Shown here one piece after another: positions 41,801-56,800 of a stretch of 64,000 nt of DNA. This DNA comes from Raja brachyura (taxonomy: Eukaryota). Both the position numbers and the translations under genes were made by a program. Position 1 is the stretch's first letter. Every line of letters starts with the position of its first letter. Location of the stretch: NCBI GenBank assembly GCA_963514005.1, contig OY740821.1, positions 14,012,001-14,076,000 of the forward strand, written 5' to 3'. The notes beneath the pieces were generated by a model. The model saw only the letters and a list, made by a program, of their open reading frames with translations. It was not told the origin of the DNA and ran no database searches.

Positions 41801-44800
41801 CTATTCTACACATTAGGGACAATTTACAGCGGCCAATTAACCTACAAGCCTGTACGTCTTTGGAGTGTGGGAGGAAACCTTAGCACCCAGAGAAAACCCA
41901 TGCGGTCATAGGAAGAAAGTATAAACTCTATACAGACAGCACCTGTATTCGGGATCGAACCTGGGTCACTGGTGCTGCAAGGCACCAACTCTACCACTGT
42001 GCCACTGTGCCACCCCATTTTTAGACCACTTCTCCAGAGTAAAGACAGGCCAGGTTATCAGGTGACTGGCACAACTGTGGCCTATGCCTGAAGCTTAAGC
42101 CACATTGGTTCATTCATACTTCAAAGGTTAGCTATGATTTTCTATCATTGATAGGATTTCAACAAAAAACATGCTTGTCTTCACTAAGGATTAACCAAAA
42201 GGCCAAGAAAGCGTAGGCAGTGCTATGAAACAACGATGGATGGAGATTTATAAAGTTCTCCAGAAAAGGGGAATCCATGATCCCCGCTCGAATCTGGGGT
42301 TTGGGAAAAAAAAAAATTGGATGTATCACAACTCCGACCATCATAACCAGACAAGCCAAAGCGACCATCTTACCTTGCTCGACTCAACATTTGCAATGTC
42401 ATGGTTGATTCCATTCTTAATGTCAAGATGAGTTGAAAGGGACAGTGGGGATAACATTTGACCTAAAGAGACATAACAAAAACAATAAAAATTTGAAAAA
42501 TAGTTAATATTTGGAATGGGACATTGCTGGTATTAGAAGGGCTTTATTAGAGTCAGAGGGCCCATTTCCATGCTCTTCAGCCCAACTTGCACACGTTGAG
42601 CGAGATGTCCCATCTACACTAGTTCCACCTGCCTGCGTTTGGGCCATATCCTTCTAAACCTCTCCATGTACCTGTCCAAGTGTCTTTTAAATGCTGTGAT
42701 AGTACCTGCCTTAACTCACTTCTCCAGCAGCTTGTTCCATATACCCACCACCCTCTGTCTCAAAATATTGCCCCTCAGGCTCCTATTAAATTTTTCCTCT
42801 CCCACCTTACACCTATGTATTCTAGTTCTTAATTCCCCTACTCTGGGTAAAAGACTGTGCATTTACCTATCTATTTCCCTCATGATCTTTATGAAATTAT
42901 CCCTCATCCTCCTGTGCTCCAAAGAATAAAGTCCTCGCCTGCCCAACCTCTCCCATAGCTCAGGCCCTCGAGTCCTGGCAACAGCCTCGTAAATCTTCTC
43001 TGCACCTTATCCAACTTGACAACATCTTCCCTATACCAAAATTGGGTGACCAAAACTGAACACATAAAGTAACAAAACCAAACTAACAAAAATGGCCTTG
43101 CCAATGTCAGATACAGATGCTTTTAAAGTAATTGAAAATGGAGCTGAATCATCTGTAGACTTCTGCTTTTTGTCCTCCCCAAGCAGATTTGCTGAATTAG
43201 CAAGTGGTTACTTGAATGTAGAGATAATAGCCCTTCAGACCTACCAAGGAAAAAAATAATGGGTCGTCTTCCTAGCGAAGCACCCGCACCCGGGTGGGAC
43301 CGTAACTGGGGAGGAAAACACCTCAGAGGTGCGTGGAGTGGCCACTGCTGTAAATGCAAGTACTGCGGGCAGGTAACCTCAGGCTCAGCTCGGACCTCGA
43401 TGAGTACAACCTCCAAGGACAACTTAATTTTAGTTCAAAGTTTCCAAGATCCAAGGTCAGTATGACTGCTCCATCAACCAGTGCCAGCCCGGGCTTGGAG
43501 ATGGTATTGAGGACTTGAATGAGATGAGTGACCCTGGTACAGCATTGATTTGACAACTTTTATTTTAATGCTTTTATGTTTTTAGCAAGCCAATCATCAG
43601 ATAATTTTAGTGTACTTAACTGTGGTTTTAAGCTTTTAGATGTTTCTATTTTAGTAGTTAAATCAAGTTTCCTTTTAGATTTGGATTCCCGGGTAGACAA
43701 TTCAAATATAAATTTAGATGACTGCTTGATTTTGACTGTGGGCCAGCAGCCAGGTCTGATTCAGATAATTATGCCAATTAGCGAGCAAATGGAGAAAGTC
43801 TTGAGCAGATTGTACACAGCAACTCATGTCTGAAGTGCATGATCTGCATTTCCTTTGCTAACAAACTTGTACAGAAACTTAAATACCTCCCAGTATCTCT
43901 TGCAATGTTGGCAAATACTTTCAAAAAGATTGGTAGCTGAGAAAACAACAGAAAAGAGCTAAAAAACTTCACAATTTTCAACTTCATGACTTGTCAGGCA
44001 AAAAATTTCGTTGAGACACTGTCACTGTTGCCAGCACATTTAAATATATCTGCGAGCAAGCATGCCAATTTATTTTGTTTACAACAGGAAGGGCCTAATT
44101 GCCTGTGGGAGACATCACCTATAATGTGAATAGAAGCAAATTTCAATGCTTTTAATTACTCATTTAGCCAGAATTATACTGATGACAAATATGGAAAAAG
44201 CAGTGAAATAAGCAGTGAGCAAAGAGCTTAGTCTATCAATGTGTTTGTACATGGATCGATCACAAATGAGGAAACCAGAGATAATGCACATCAACAGGTA
44301 ATTATGACCCAGCCGGTTAAGCTGACCAATTTAGTAAATCAGCTATCACCCAATGCCGTTCATGAAAGTGGCATGAAGTTGGATTAATAGACCAGGATCA
44401 TTAGGTTTCCTTGAGTAACACGGCACTGAAGTTAACTTCATTGGTCTCAGCTGGTGCACTCCCTGACTTACAGCAAAATCTTGCACCTTCTGGCATTTAA
44501 TATTGCGGCTGTAAATGATGCAGTTAGCTGTTTATGGACCATTCTTCTGGATTAGGGGACTGCTGTTACTGAATAAGTGGATCCAGCAGCGATTGGTGGG
44601 TCCAGGTCGAAGTGGCGCAACAAGGGAGGATTTTCCCCAAAGGATGGGAGGAAAATGAATAGGTTGTGAACGACATGCCTGCTGTATCCATGGGGACCAT
44701 CCACGAATTCAGACAGGTATTCCAGACAGAAAGATCTCCAGAAGGACGAGAATGCTGTCGCATTCACATTTTCTAAATCCAACAGAAGCAAGTGAGGTGG

Positions 44801-47800
44801 GCACAGGCATTTGCCTGCGTTACATGGCAGACATTTCTACAGCCATTAAAGTGGAGTAAATTTCTAAATTAGTACATTTCTAAAGTGCAGCCATGAAGAC
44901 TTCTGTCCCTGAGTTTGGCTGCTCTGCTCTAGTTAAAAATAGTTGCATTGGGCTTTTTCTCTTTTGGGGAATTGTGCAAAAGTTCTCCCCCTGACCAGTT
45001 TCAAAAAAGTCACGGTTTGCCTCTTCCTTGTCTTGCACCCCTTCATACCCAACCACCCAGTCATTATATGCATGCAATACCGACATAAACAGCTCAAAGA
45101 AAGATATCCTTTGGATTTCCGTTCTTGTTCTTACCAGCTTTGTCCATGGAATGAGGTTCAGATTGCTTTTTCCCAACCTCTGCAAAAGACCTGACCATTG
45201 GAATGAGATTATTCCTCTTCTTCTCAATTTGATGGTGATGTTTTTTCAGAAGAACTTCACGTACTTTCGTACGAATACTTTCATCCAGCTCCATGGATGC
45301 TTCCTGATGATCAAGAACCATATCTAACAGAAGAAAATTGACAAGATATTACCCCAGGATTAGACGAGGAAACACTTTTTCTCACAGAGAGTGGTGAGTC
45401 TGGAATTCTCTGCCTCAGAGGCTGGTGGAGCAGGTTCTCTGGATGCTTTCAAGAGAGCTAGATAGGACTCTTAAAAATAGCAGAGTCAGGGGATATGGGG
45501 AGAAGGCAGGAACAGGGTACTGATTGTGGATGATCAGCCGTGATCACATTGAATGGCGGTGCCGGCTCAAAGGGCCAAATGGCCTACTCCTGCACCTATT
45601 GTCTATTGTCTATTGATTAAGGTTATTGCAGTTAAAATAGAGTCAATTTAGCATCCTCAAGAGTTGCCATTCATAAGAAAAACAAATCTCATTCAAATTG
45701 GTAAGAGTATAAAGCAGTTTTGTGTTTGAATAACATATTTTCTCCAATATGTGTGTAAAACTAATTTGGGAATTACTTATGTGGGAGAATATTCTACTGC
45801 AGTCATGCAAATTCTACTTTGAAAAACATATTGCAAGTTGTGCAAACGCAGGCACAGTACAACCTGGAATTCCCTGGTCCTTCCAAAACGACATGACCAC
45901 ACACTAATGACACCAAAGGAAAAATAATGGAATACAGTTCTAGAACTAGATTTGAATGCTCTTCACATCCACAGTTTCTCCCTGTAGAAGTTCCCATTGG
46001 ACGTATAAGAAGCTTTGTAACACAATTTAGACCCGTATAATAAATAAACTCAATCCGAGGTCACTTTTTTCCATCTTTTTTAACTTTATAATAAAGCAAA
46101 TTATCAGCACACCTCTTGGACATAAGAACATTCCCTCTCCAATCCATTTTGCAATTTAAGAATGAATTAGCAGCATATGCATCTGACCTCTTCTCTGTCC
46201 ATGGATTTACCATCAAGACCTGAGGCATTCCAGAACAATTATACCCTAGGAGTCAACTACACTGGTCTGGCCCCTCAACCTTATACCAGCCAAGGCATCC
46301 GGCAGAGTCCCATGCATTTGAATGGGACCACCAACCCTCATTTAAAAAGGCAAGTGAAAGTATGTGTTTTGTAAAAATATTTTAATAACCATCATTTCAA
46401 TTAACTTAGTTAATTGTTTTAAAGTGAATTTTAGTTTTTTTAATTAAATTTAGATAAAGAGTTGGAAAAGTTCAAACAATTGCTAATTGACAGCATTTGA
46501 AAACAGTGAAAAGGCCTAACAGCAGCATAACTGTCAGAAAGCAATTAGCATAGTCCATGCCCATGACCTTAACTTATTTATGCTGCCCGAGACATGGTTG
46601 CTATTTGCAGCCTACTCCATGTCATAGAACAGCCATGGCAGCAAGGACTCAAGGTCATTGAAAAAGGACAGGATAACAGAAGGCAGCAACATTACATAGA
46701 ACTTGGACCTTGTCCACATCAATTTGAAAGATGAAAATGTACATTGTTGTTTTTACTCTTGAATTTCAAGGCTGGGTTTGTCACTGCAACCTTCTCCTTT
46801 CTTTGGAATTCTCAAGTCTCCCAAAAGCCAAGTTATCTATTCACTACTCATAGCTCTCTCATTACTTCTGTCCTTTCAGTCTTGGTAATGTCCTTCACTG
46901 TGGGTGGCAGCTCTTTATCTTTGGTTTAAAAGCTACCTCATGCAGTTCCAAATATAAAACTTGAAGAAAACACATTTTATTGCATTTTCCTTTCATTGCT
47001 CTTTCTAAATTAAATAAACCCAGTTTAAGTCACCTTTACCTTTGTCGTCCAATTCCAATTACATGGTGACTCGTGTTGGGGAGAAATGTTTGTTAGTTTC
47101 CATAGTAACAAGAGATGGAAAAGTTGCAGTGACATCGTTCAAACCACTACTTTTCCACAAGGTCCCGACTTACCGTCCCCTTCACTTAGCACAATTATTC
47201 TTGATATTTAAGGTCACCTATTCACTGCTTCACCATTCATGATCACAGGCCACAATTAAATCAACAGATGAGAGACAGGTGAAGAGGGAATTAAAGAACT
47301 AACCATAAGTCTCCAATAACACGGTAAAAATATGAGAACTACATAATTCATATAAATTCAATTGCTCCTCAGATGAGAAAATTAAATACAAGATAACCAT
47401 GAGGAGCCGGGGTAAACTACAGGGAATGTTATCATTGTGCACAAAATTAATTAAAAGGTGTTTTCACAAGCGAGTAATTTTGTTTATTCCCACTGTCAGG
47501 AGGAGAAAGGACAAGTTATGTTGACATTATGATACAAATGCCTTGAAGAGTGATGTATGAGCCATTAAGCTTAAGTCAGTATATTATAGCCATGTCTAAC
47601 ATTTTTAATATTTTAGTTTTTATCTGTCTGTACTTTTGTAGGTGGGATTTGATACGTAGAAGGGGTGTGTCTATTTCTAGGGGAGACTAGCGCAGACTCA
47701 TAGATTAGGAGGCAGTTGGATCTTGGAAGGATGGTGAGAATATAGTTTTTTTAAATCACACACGAATCATGATCACGACGCACACAAGTTAATGAGACAA

Positions 47801-50800
47801 CATACTTTTATAAACTTTCATACGATTTATATGACAAGAATGGAACAGCGATTAAGAACGGAAAGTGATGGATTATTTCTTTGCTATGTACAACTTCAAT
47901 AAAAGACTAATTAATCAAGAAACAACGTTTGGAAGATTAGTTTTTACTATCTTAAGTGTGTCGTGAGTGCGTAAACTATACCTCCAACCCATCCCCGAAG
48001 AGTAATGGCTATCAAAGTTGGACTTTAAGAACGTAATAAGAAACTGCCATTATAAATGATATCTTTACACTTTTTACTTCCAAGCAATAAACTCTTTTGA
48101 TGAGAACATTGTCCTTCATTAGACATACTTGCAATCTCTTGAATGCTGTTTGCTTGCATGTCCAGCAAGACTGTTCCATTAATGATGCAGCTCCGCAACT
48201 CAAACAGGCTGTGTAATGACAACGTGGCAACATATGGTTTACTCCAGCGGTCTCCACCGTCCTCAACATCTTCCTCAAACTTCAACCACCTGTCAAACCA
48301 CAAAAATACTGTTTCAATTTAATGCTAAGCTTATGCAGAAACCTTCTCAGAGCAAGCAAGTTACTGTTAAAAACAGAGGATCAAGGAACGACTGATGCTG
48401 GCTTACAAAATAAAAGTACCGGAGTTACTCAGCAGGTCAGGCAGCATCCCTAGAGAACATGGACAGGTGGCGTTTCGGGTTGGGATCCTTCTTCAGACTG
48501 ATTGGGGTTGGGGGGGAGGGGGTGGGGGAAGAAAGCTGGAAGACAGGTGGGGGCAGGGTAAAGCCTGGTGAGTGATAGGTGGATACGGGCAAGGGGGCAG
48601 TTGATAGGCAGATGGTTGGACTAAGGGCAGGGATGAAAAGACAACAGGTGTGTCTTAAGGAAAGAGGATAGTGTATTGTGAAGCCAGAGGAGGAAGGAGA
48701 GGGGGAAGGGAAGAAATTGATAAAGTCCAGGTGGGGCACAGGGAAGGGAAGGGGGAAATTGGTGTTTGTAGGTTAGTTACCTAAAATTGGAGAATTCAAT
48801 GTTCATATTGTGAGGTTGTAAGCTACCCACGCTTAAAGATAAAAACAGGGAAGTTGTGAAGACCATTTATTATAAGAGTGAAGATGGAACAAGAGTCAAC
48901 TGAATGCAAACATGTGATTCATTCCTTTATATCTTTTTAACAATCTGAGGACATACAATAGGAGGTTGCCTATATTTTTTTCACCCTGTGCACATTCTTG
49001 TAATTGATAAGAGATCAAGTTAACAGCCACAATCTTTCATTTTCTCTCATTCAAATGGATGCATTTGTGATCGATTTCATCAGCGATCACAAATTTTCTG
49101 GGAGAAATAATTTGTTTATTCCTAGAATATATATAAAACAGACAATAAAAAGCATTAATTTGGGAAAGATTTGAGGCAGCTGATAGGGGAAAAAAGTGAA
49201 GGGAGCCCATCATTAATCATTCCTGGAAATAAATAAACCGCATGAAACATTTGTCATCAGCAACATTTTCTCAGAACACAAATATTGCAGACAATTCACA
49301 CACCTGGCCGTCTCCTTCCACTCAGCATCTTCACCCCCTCGCTGGCAGATTTCATCAAGCTCTGTGAAGAGTTCATGTGGAACATGATCTTCATCATCTT
49401 CAGTACCCAGAATGAACTGAACTCTCTGAGAAGGGGTGTCTAAAAAAGGAGATGCAACATTGCAGGTAATAAGATAGTAATAGATTTTGAAGGACAATCA
49501 CCACAGAGACCCTACAAAGACTCAGATTACATTGAAATGGTGAAGGTTTTAATCCTCATCAGCTGCTGCGAAATGACTCGGAGGCTGCAGCAAGAGATGT
49601 GCCTCAATCAATACGCCCTTTCTGTGGCATAAAACTGGTTTGAGGGCCTTCAAAATACCAGACATTCATTTTGCCTGCTTGAGTTTTCAATACTGTTCAT
49701 ATTTGTTATGATATTATGTACTACACATTTTCAAAATCATGCAGAGCACAGATAAGCTGCAAACTCTGCCTGAATAATGAAGTCCATGCCTGGAAGTGGC
49801 TTAGGGCCGCTTGCATCATAGGATTGTGAGCAAAAATATATACTGTTGTCCTATGGCTGCCATGGTGACAGTTGTAAGACTGGAACCTGCTTCTCAAGGC
49901 ACAGACGTAGCAACTAAAATCTCTACAGGCTGATGCACTGGGAACTGTGCATGTTGCATTTTAACTGGGGAGAAACCATCCTTATGACAAATATTCCCAA
50001 TTTTGAAACTTTTCAATGAATCAACTAATTAGCCCACCAAATAAAATAAATTCAAATTCTAGTCTGCGGTGTATGGTCATACGGAGCTCCAGGCTGAGAG
50101 AGCCCCGCGGACTGTGTGGCACCAACAGGAACATTGACGGCAAACAGCAGATTATTTCTCATGAATCCCTGCCACCTTCAAGATTGGGCCTCTTGCAAAC
50201 GGTGTTCATGCCCAACTTGAAGGAATTGGCACCATGCTCTGCGCAGATTCGGATTCAAAGCTTCGTTTTGTGCCACTATGTACAAACTCACTGCCCGTCT
50301 GATATGTCTAACTTATCCCTCTTTTTTATAATCTGCTTTCCTTGGCAGATTGGGTCTTCAAAGTCCATATGCAGGACCTTAAATAAAGTTAAAATATGAT
50401 CTTACCCACAGGCAAGCTGTTGCCTATGGATGCCGCCCATCCTAACCTGCACTCAAGCAAAATAATTCACCATATAACTTGTGCCAGTCTTTGGGCTGGT
50501 GGGTCATAACGAGTGATAATGCATCTTTAGGAAAATTCAACTCCTGTTCCTGAAGTTGTACATGGGCCAACATATCTTTATCATCTGTGATATAAGAGAA
50601 GGCCACGGTCAGCTTTTTTTTTAAACAAAAAGAATGGAGAGAGAGAGAGAGAGAGAGGGGCTGTTGGTAGCAGCTGACAGTCTGCTTACAGTGTGTCTGG
50701 CAAGAAAGAAGAAAGACTGCAAGAGGATGCTGGCTCGAAGGGCCGAATGGCCTCCTCCTGCACCTATTTTCTATGTTTCCATGATAAGTCCGTGTAGAAG

Positions 50801-53800
50801 TCCTATACAATTACTCTTCCAGTACTGCCACTCATCATGGTCATCAGTCTCCCCTGCCTCCAGGACAGTCTTTAATTCATGAGGGGGCTACTGTACCTGT
50901 AAGCTTGGCCTCCTCTGCATGGGTTCTCCTTTCAAAGATTGTAGCACATTAGTGCAATCCGTAAAGAGATTAGATGGTTCCTGCCTCTCTGAAACCGCCA
51001 GTGTGTGGAGTGCAAGAGATAGATAGATAGATATATATATAGATATATGTATATAGAGATATATATATATATAGATAAATATAAATAAATAAATATAGTG
51101 GTGCCCCATTCAAATATTTACTGCAAGAGGATTGCATGTGCCTCACCACAAGGGAGATTATCCTTTTCTTCCTCTTGGATGGTATCTTTTGCTCTATCTC
51201 GCTTCTTGTGCTTTGATCCATGGGTCCTGTGGTGTCGGTGACTCTGTCTACCCAAAGGCATACGCACTCCAACATACAAGGTCCTGTGCCCTACAACACA
51301 AGAAAGAATACACATTTGTAGATTGTTGAACATCAGAGCAAAAGCACAAAATAGCTATTTTGGTTAAACCACGCAAATAACAGTCAATTTTGTTGCCAGC
51401 ACACAAGAGTTGGAACATTGGAATGCGCAAAGAAGAGCCACAAGACGGAGTCAGAGTCTTTAGGGCTGGTATTTTGAATGTTCAGCTTGCACACAGTGAC
51501 TCACATGTAAAGGCAAAAATCTGGGATCATTTAAGAGACAACTGGCTGCTCTAATGGGGGATTGGGAGGCCAGTGGCATCTGTGAAAGAATTTACCCAAT
51601 GGACTCGGATGAATTCCATCATCCATAGTTATCTAAGAAAGAAGGGAATCTGCCAATATTTGATCAATTAAGAGTTAACTGCACTCTTCCATTTAATTGG
51701 GATACCAATTAAATTATAATAAACTATTTACCATTGTTAATTTGACACATTTTATTATATTTGTGGTGGTGATTGACACTTGCACTTTAAATACAAGCAA
51801 AAGTAAATATCCTCTAGATTTTAAGCTTCATGACTGATAGAAGCTGCAGCAATCTTCCCTTACTTGGGAATAAATAAAGATAATATATATATTCCCATTC
51901 AGTTTAATTTGCCCACTCAACATACACAACCTGTGATTTGCTCCAAAATCAAAAGACTCTGCTATTTTTATGCTGGTGGGCTTTGAAGACTCTATAAATT
52001 ACAGAAGGCAGGCCTTCCTATCAAACCTGCCACAATGCTGAATACAGACTTACTAAACATGTAATTATGACAAAGCTATAACAGGATTTCACACTGTTTA
52101 AAAAAAAGTCCCTGCAATGGAGTACAATCAGTATAATTGTGGAAAATGGCACACAACTATTGGCAATAAACAGTCCATATTTAGTGAAACAGACTCTTTA
52201 CGAAAATAACAGACCTTAATGTTCGTGTTCGGATATGTAGACGCTTAAATGGCAAGATGTGAATTTACACACTCCCAATCAACTACACACCAGTAAAAGT
52301 CAAATGACTGGCTTTGTGTTAATGTGCATCTCTCCAACTACAAACAAACATACAATTTTATTTTTGGAATAAATAATTATGAAACCAAAATGTTGAGCTT
52401 GTCTTTCTTCATCCAGTCTCTTGCTGTTTGCCAAAATTACTACTTTTGTATTGGCAAAAAGTTGTGGTTCCCTATATGAATCATCAGAATCAGAATGCCT
52501 TTTATTGTCACTATACACATGTACAATGAGATTAAAAGCTGCTCCTACTCAGTGCAAAAACAAAACAAAAAAGTGGGGGGGGGGGGGGGGGATAAGGTGC
52601 ACGTCCGAATTATCAAACTACACACAAGTGGATCCATGACAGACACCTGGCACATTCTAGCTTTCCCAAGCTGTCCACACCTTACTTCTATCTATTAATC
52701 TTTCCATCCATACAATATGTCCTCTGAACCCACTCAACCACATTTTCTAACAAACTTCAGTGACATTAACAGGGCTGACAGATTAGCTTCCTCAGCAATC
52801 CACTGGTCATACTGAAGGCAGAGATCATCTTCTAAAGTGAATTTTCTATCGCTTGACCTTCAGAACTGTGATATAATTACAATTCAAGAGTAAGACTAAT
52901 TGGAAACTCTTTCATCAGAAGCAAAGTTAACTTTCACATTGATGGCTGTACAAGTGACATGGAAGCTGGCTGCAACATAGGACACCACACAAGACAACAT
53001 TGCAGACTAGTCTTTATTAAGAACATGAAACAAAAAGACAGTGCAAAAAGGGTCCTAACCCAAAACATAACCTATCCACATTCTCCAGGGATGCTGCTGA
53101 ACCCGCTGAGTTTTTCCAGCATTTGGGTCTTTCCATGCAGTGCAAAAAGATGCTAATACAATGAAAAACTGAAATAATGACTAGGAATTAAGAAACCTTT
53201 ACACTTGGACCACTTCAAGCAGATTTTTCAACAACCTATCCTTCATCCGAATTGGGTTTGCCTTCGACAAATGTAGTAATCTAGCGTTAAATAATTAGAT
53301 ACTTCTGAAAACACAAAGATTTCAGGAAGCAGACCAAAGCACCTGTTGAACAGTAGTTTGTGCTAGTCTTACAGTACCCTCCACAAAATAACTCCATATC
53401 TATCTCTTGCAGTCCATTTGACAAGACCAAGTCAAGTCAAGAGAGTTTATTGTCGTGTGTCCCAGATAGGACAATGAAATTCTTGCATTGCTTAAGCACA
53501 ACAGAATATAGAAGGCATGAATACAGAACAGATCAGTGTGTCCATATACCATTATATAAATATATACACACATTAATAAATAAGCAGATAACGTGCAAAT
53601 AAAGAGATAATGGTCTATTAATGTTCAGAGATTAGTTTCAGTTGAGTTTAATAGCCTGATGGCTGTGGGGAAGTAGCTATTTCTGAACCTGGACGTTGCA
53701 GTCTTCAGGCTCCTGTACCTTCTACCGGAAGGTAGTGGAGAGATGAGTGTGTGGCCAGGATGGTATAGGTCCTTGATGATGCTGGCAGCCTTTTTGAGGC

Positions 53801-56800
53801 AGCGACTACGATAGATCCCCTCGATGGTAGGGAGGTCAGAGCCAATGATGGACTGGGCAGTGTTTATTACTTTTTGTAGTCTTTTCGGCTACAGGGCGCT
53901 CAAGTTGCCGAACCAAGCCACGATGCAACTGGTCAGCATGCTCTCTACTTTATACCTGTAAAGGTTCGAGAGAGTCCTCCTTGACATACCGACTCTCCGT
54001 AATCTTCTCAGGGAGTAGAGGCGCTGATGTGCTTTCTTTATGATTGCATCAGTGTTCTGGGACCAGGAGAGATCTTCGAAAATATGCACGCCCAGGAATT
54101 TGAAGCTCTTGACCCTCTCCACCATTGACCCGTTGATATAAACGGGACTGTGGGTCCCCATCCTACCCCTTCCAAAGTCCACAAAAGGAACCATCAGTTC
54201 CTTGGTTTTGCTGGTGTTGAGTGCCAGGTTATTGTGCTGGCACCATTTTGTCAGTCGGTCGATCTAACTCCTATACTCTGACACGTCCCCATCAGTGATA
54301 CGTCCCACAACAGTGGTGTCGTCAGCGAACTTGATGATGGAGTTCGCACTATGATCGGCTATGCAGCCATGAGTATAGAGTGAGTACAGCAGGGGGTGAG
54401 CACGCAGCCTTGAGGTGCTCCCGTGCTGATTGTTATCAAGGATGACACATTTCCACCAATACGGACAGTCTGTGGTCTTTGAATGAGGAAGTCGAGGATC
54501 CAATTGCAGAGGAATGCGCAGAGACCCAGATCTGAGAGCTTGGTAACCACCTTGGAGGGGATGATGGTATTAAATGCCGAGCTGTAATCAATGAATAACA
54601 GCCTGACATATGAGTTTTTGTTGCCTAAGTGGTCCAGAGTGAAATGGAGAGCCAGCGAGATCGCATCCACCGTTGATCTGTTGTGGCGGTCGGCAAACTA
54701 CAGTGGGTCCAGGTTTTTGTCGAGGTAGGAGTTGATTTGTACCATGATCAACCTCCCAAAGCACTTCATCACCACAGGCGTTAGTGCCACTGGTCGATAG
54801 TCGTTGAGGCATGTCACCTTGCTCTTCTTGGGCACTGGTATAATTGAAGCCCTTTACAACAGGTGGGAACCTCCGACCTCAGATGTGAGAGGTTGAAAAT
54901 GTTGTTGCCCATTCCCAAGTTACATTTATATTAGTATCTGAGAGATCTGCCTCTACAATTTATTTGAAAAGACTATCGCAAACTGACGTACTGGCAATTG
55001 CTTTATTTGTCTGGCAAGCCTGTTCCAACTGATTCCAACCAATTTGTCAAGATATCTAATAACAAAACCAATACCTTTCCAGAATTGTTCAGTAGGCAAG
55101 TTTCAGTACCATACAATCAGGTGAATAGGACATTGCTTAATTCTTCGCTTTATCAGCTTTGTTTTCAATATTACTTTTAAAAAAAAACTGTTTTGTCTTT
55201 TCTGGGTACTTACCAAGTATCTTTCTGGGGACTATTTCTGGTCAGAAGCCAACATTGCTGACCACACAAAAAATCTCTCCATCAAGATCATACACTTTGC
55301 CAAAGTCTGCTGTGGACAAAGTCAAGTTCAAATGGATCCTTGGCACCATCAGTTGCGTTGTCATTGAGATGGCCGAACAGACAATTGTATTTATAGAATT
55401 CTCACAAATAGCATATCAGGAAACAATTTTGATTTTACTATTTTTCTGACTTTATTATTTTGGGTTTGCCATTATTTTTTTGGATGGGCACCATGGTGCA
55501 GCGGTAGAGCTGCTGCCCTACAGCGCCAGAAACGGGGTTTGATCCTGACCACAGAGTTTGCACGTTCTCCCTGTGACAGCACAAGAGGTGCTCCGGTCTC
55601 CTCCTACAGTCCAAAGTAGTACAGATGTGTAGGTTAATTCACTTCTGTTAAGTTGTAAATTGTTCCTGGTGTGTAGGATAGTTGTGTGCTGGGATCGCTG
55701 TAGACTCTGTGGTCTGAAGGGAGTGTGTCCGCACTGTATCTCAATATCGGGTACTAAATAACAATTGGAACCCAGGATTAGAGCGGAAGTTTAAATATCA
55801 TAAATTAAAGGACTTGCATTGAAATATTCATGTGATTTAATTATAATGCACAAAATTAGCCTTTTTGGTCCCTACATATTTTGCAAAGCCATAATTATTA
55901 CTTAGTACACCATTAAAAGCTCACTTCAATCTCATGTAAGATTTTCAGGGTGCTTTATGGCAAGGTTGGTTCATAATTGTTTAAATTCATGTCCTATCGA
56001 TTTCCCTTGTATGCTGTGGAGCAGGTGGGCCCACATTTGCCTGTTCAAACAAACTGAATCACTGGCAGCACCTTGAGCATTTCCATATCAAACGATTCAA
56101 ATGAAAATCTTGGTTGCTGTCAGCTTCACAGAGTAACAATAGAAAATGGCAACATTTGTCATGCCAACTGCAAAATCCAGAAATATATTCTGCGGCGTGG
56201 CATTTCATCTGGTCATATCATCACAGACTACGGATGTAAACGATTTACAGTGAAGACTGTTTAAGAAGGAACTACAGATGCTGGAAAATCAAAGGTAGAC
56301 AAAAATGCTGGAGAAACTCAGCAGGTGAGGCAGCATGTATGGAGCGAAGGAAATAGGCAACGTTTCGGGCCGAGACCCTTCTCCAGACCAAGTACAGTGA
56401 AGACTGTGCTCCTTTAACATGCTCACTCTGTTATTTCAAAACTGTGACATCGTTCTGATGGTGTTCTGGACAAGTGAAACACCTTAATTTCCCATAATTA
56501 TCTATAATAATCATTACAATATATGTCATGTGCATTTTTTTTTTGTTTAAAAATAGTTGAATCAAATCCAAGATAGCAACCATTAGCAATGGGACTAGTC
56601 AGAAGCTAGGATATACTCAGTGGCAGGAAGATGCTCATTTACAGTAAAGCCCCAGGTTTGGAGTAAGAACAAAAGCACAAGAAATAGTGGTTGACCCTAC
56701 GAGCTTACTGTGTTATTTTACAAGATGGACCCTCTACCTCAACTCCAGTTCCCACCATCTTGGAACAGATTCTCTTATTGTCCAAAAATCAATCGATCTC

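Noticed and set aside
47405-48000. CGGGG...CCCCG ends suggesting a DNA transposon
   Set aside because: The inverted match is only about 5 bp and there is no clear TSD.
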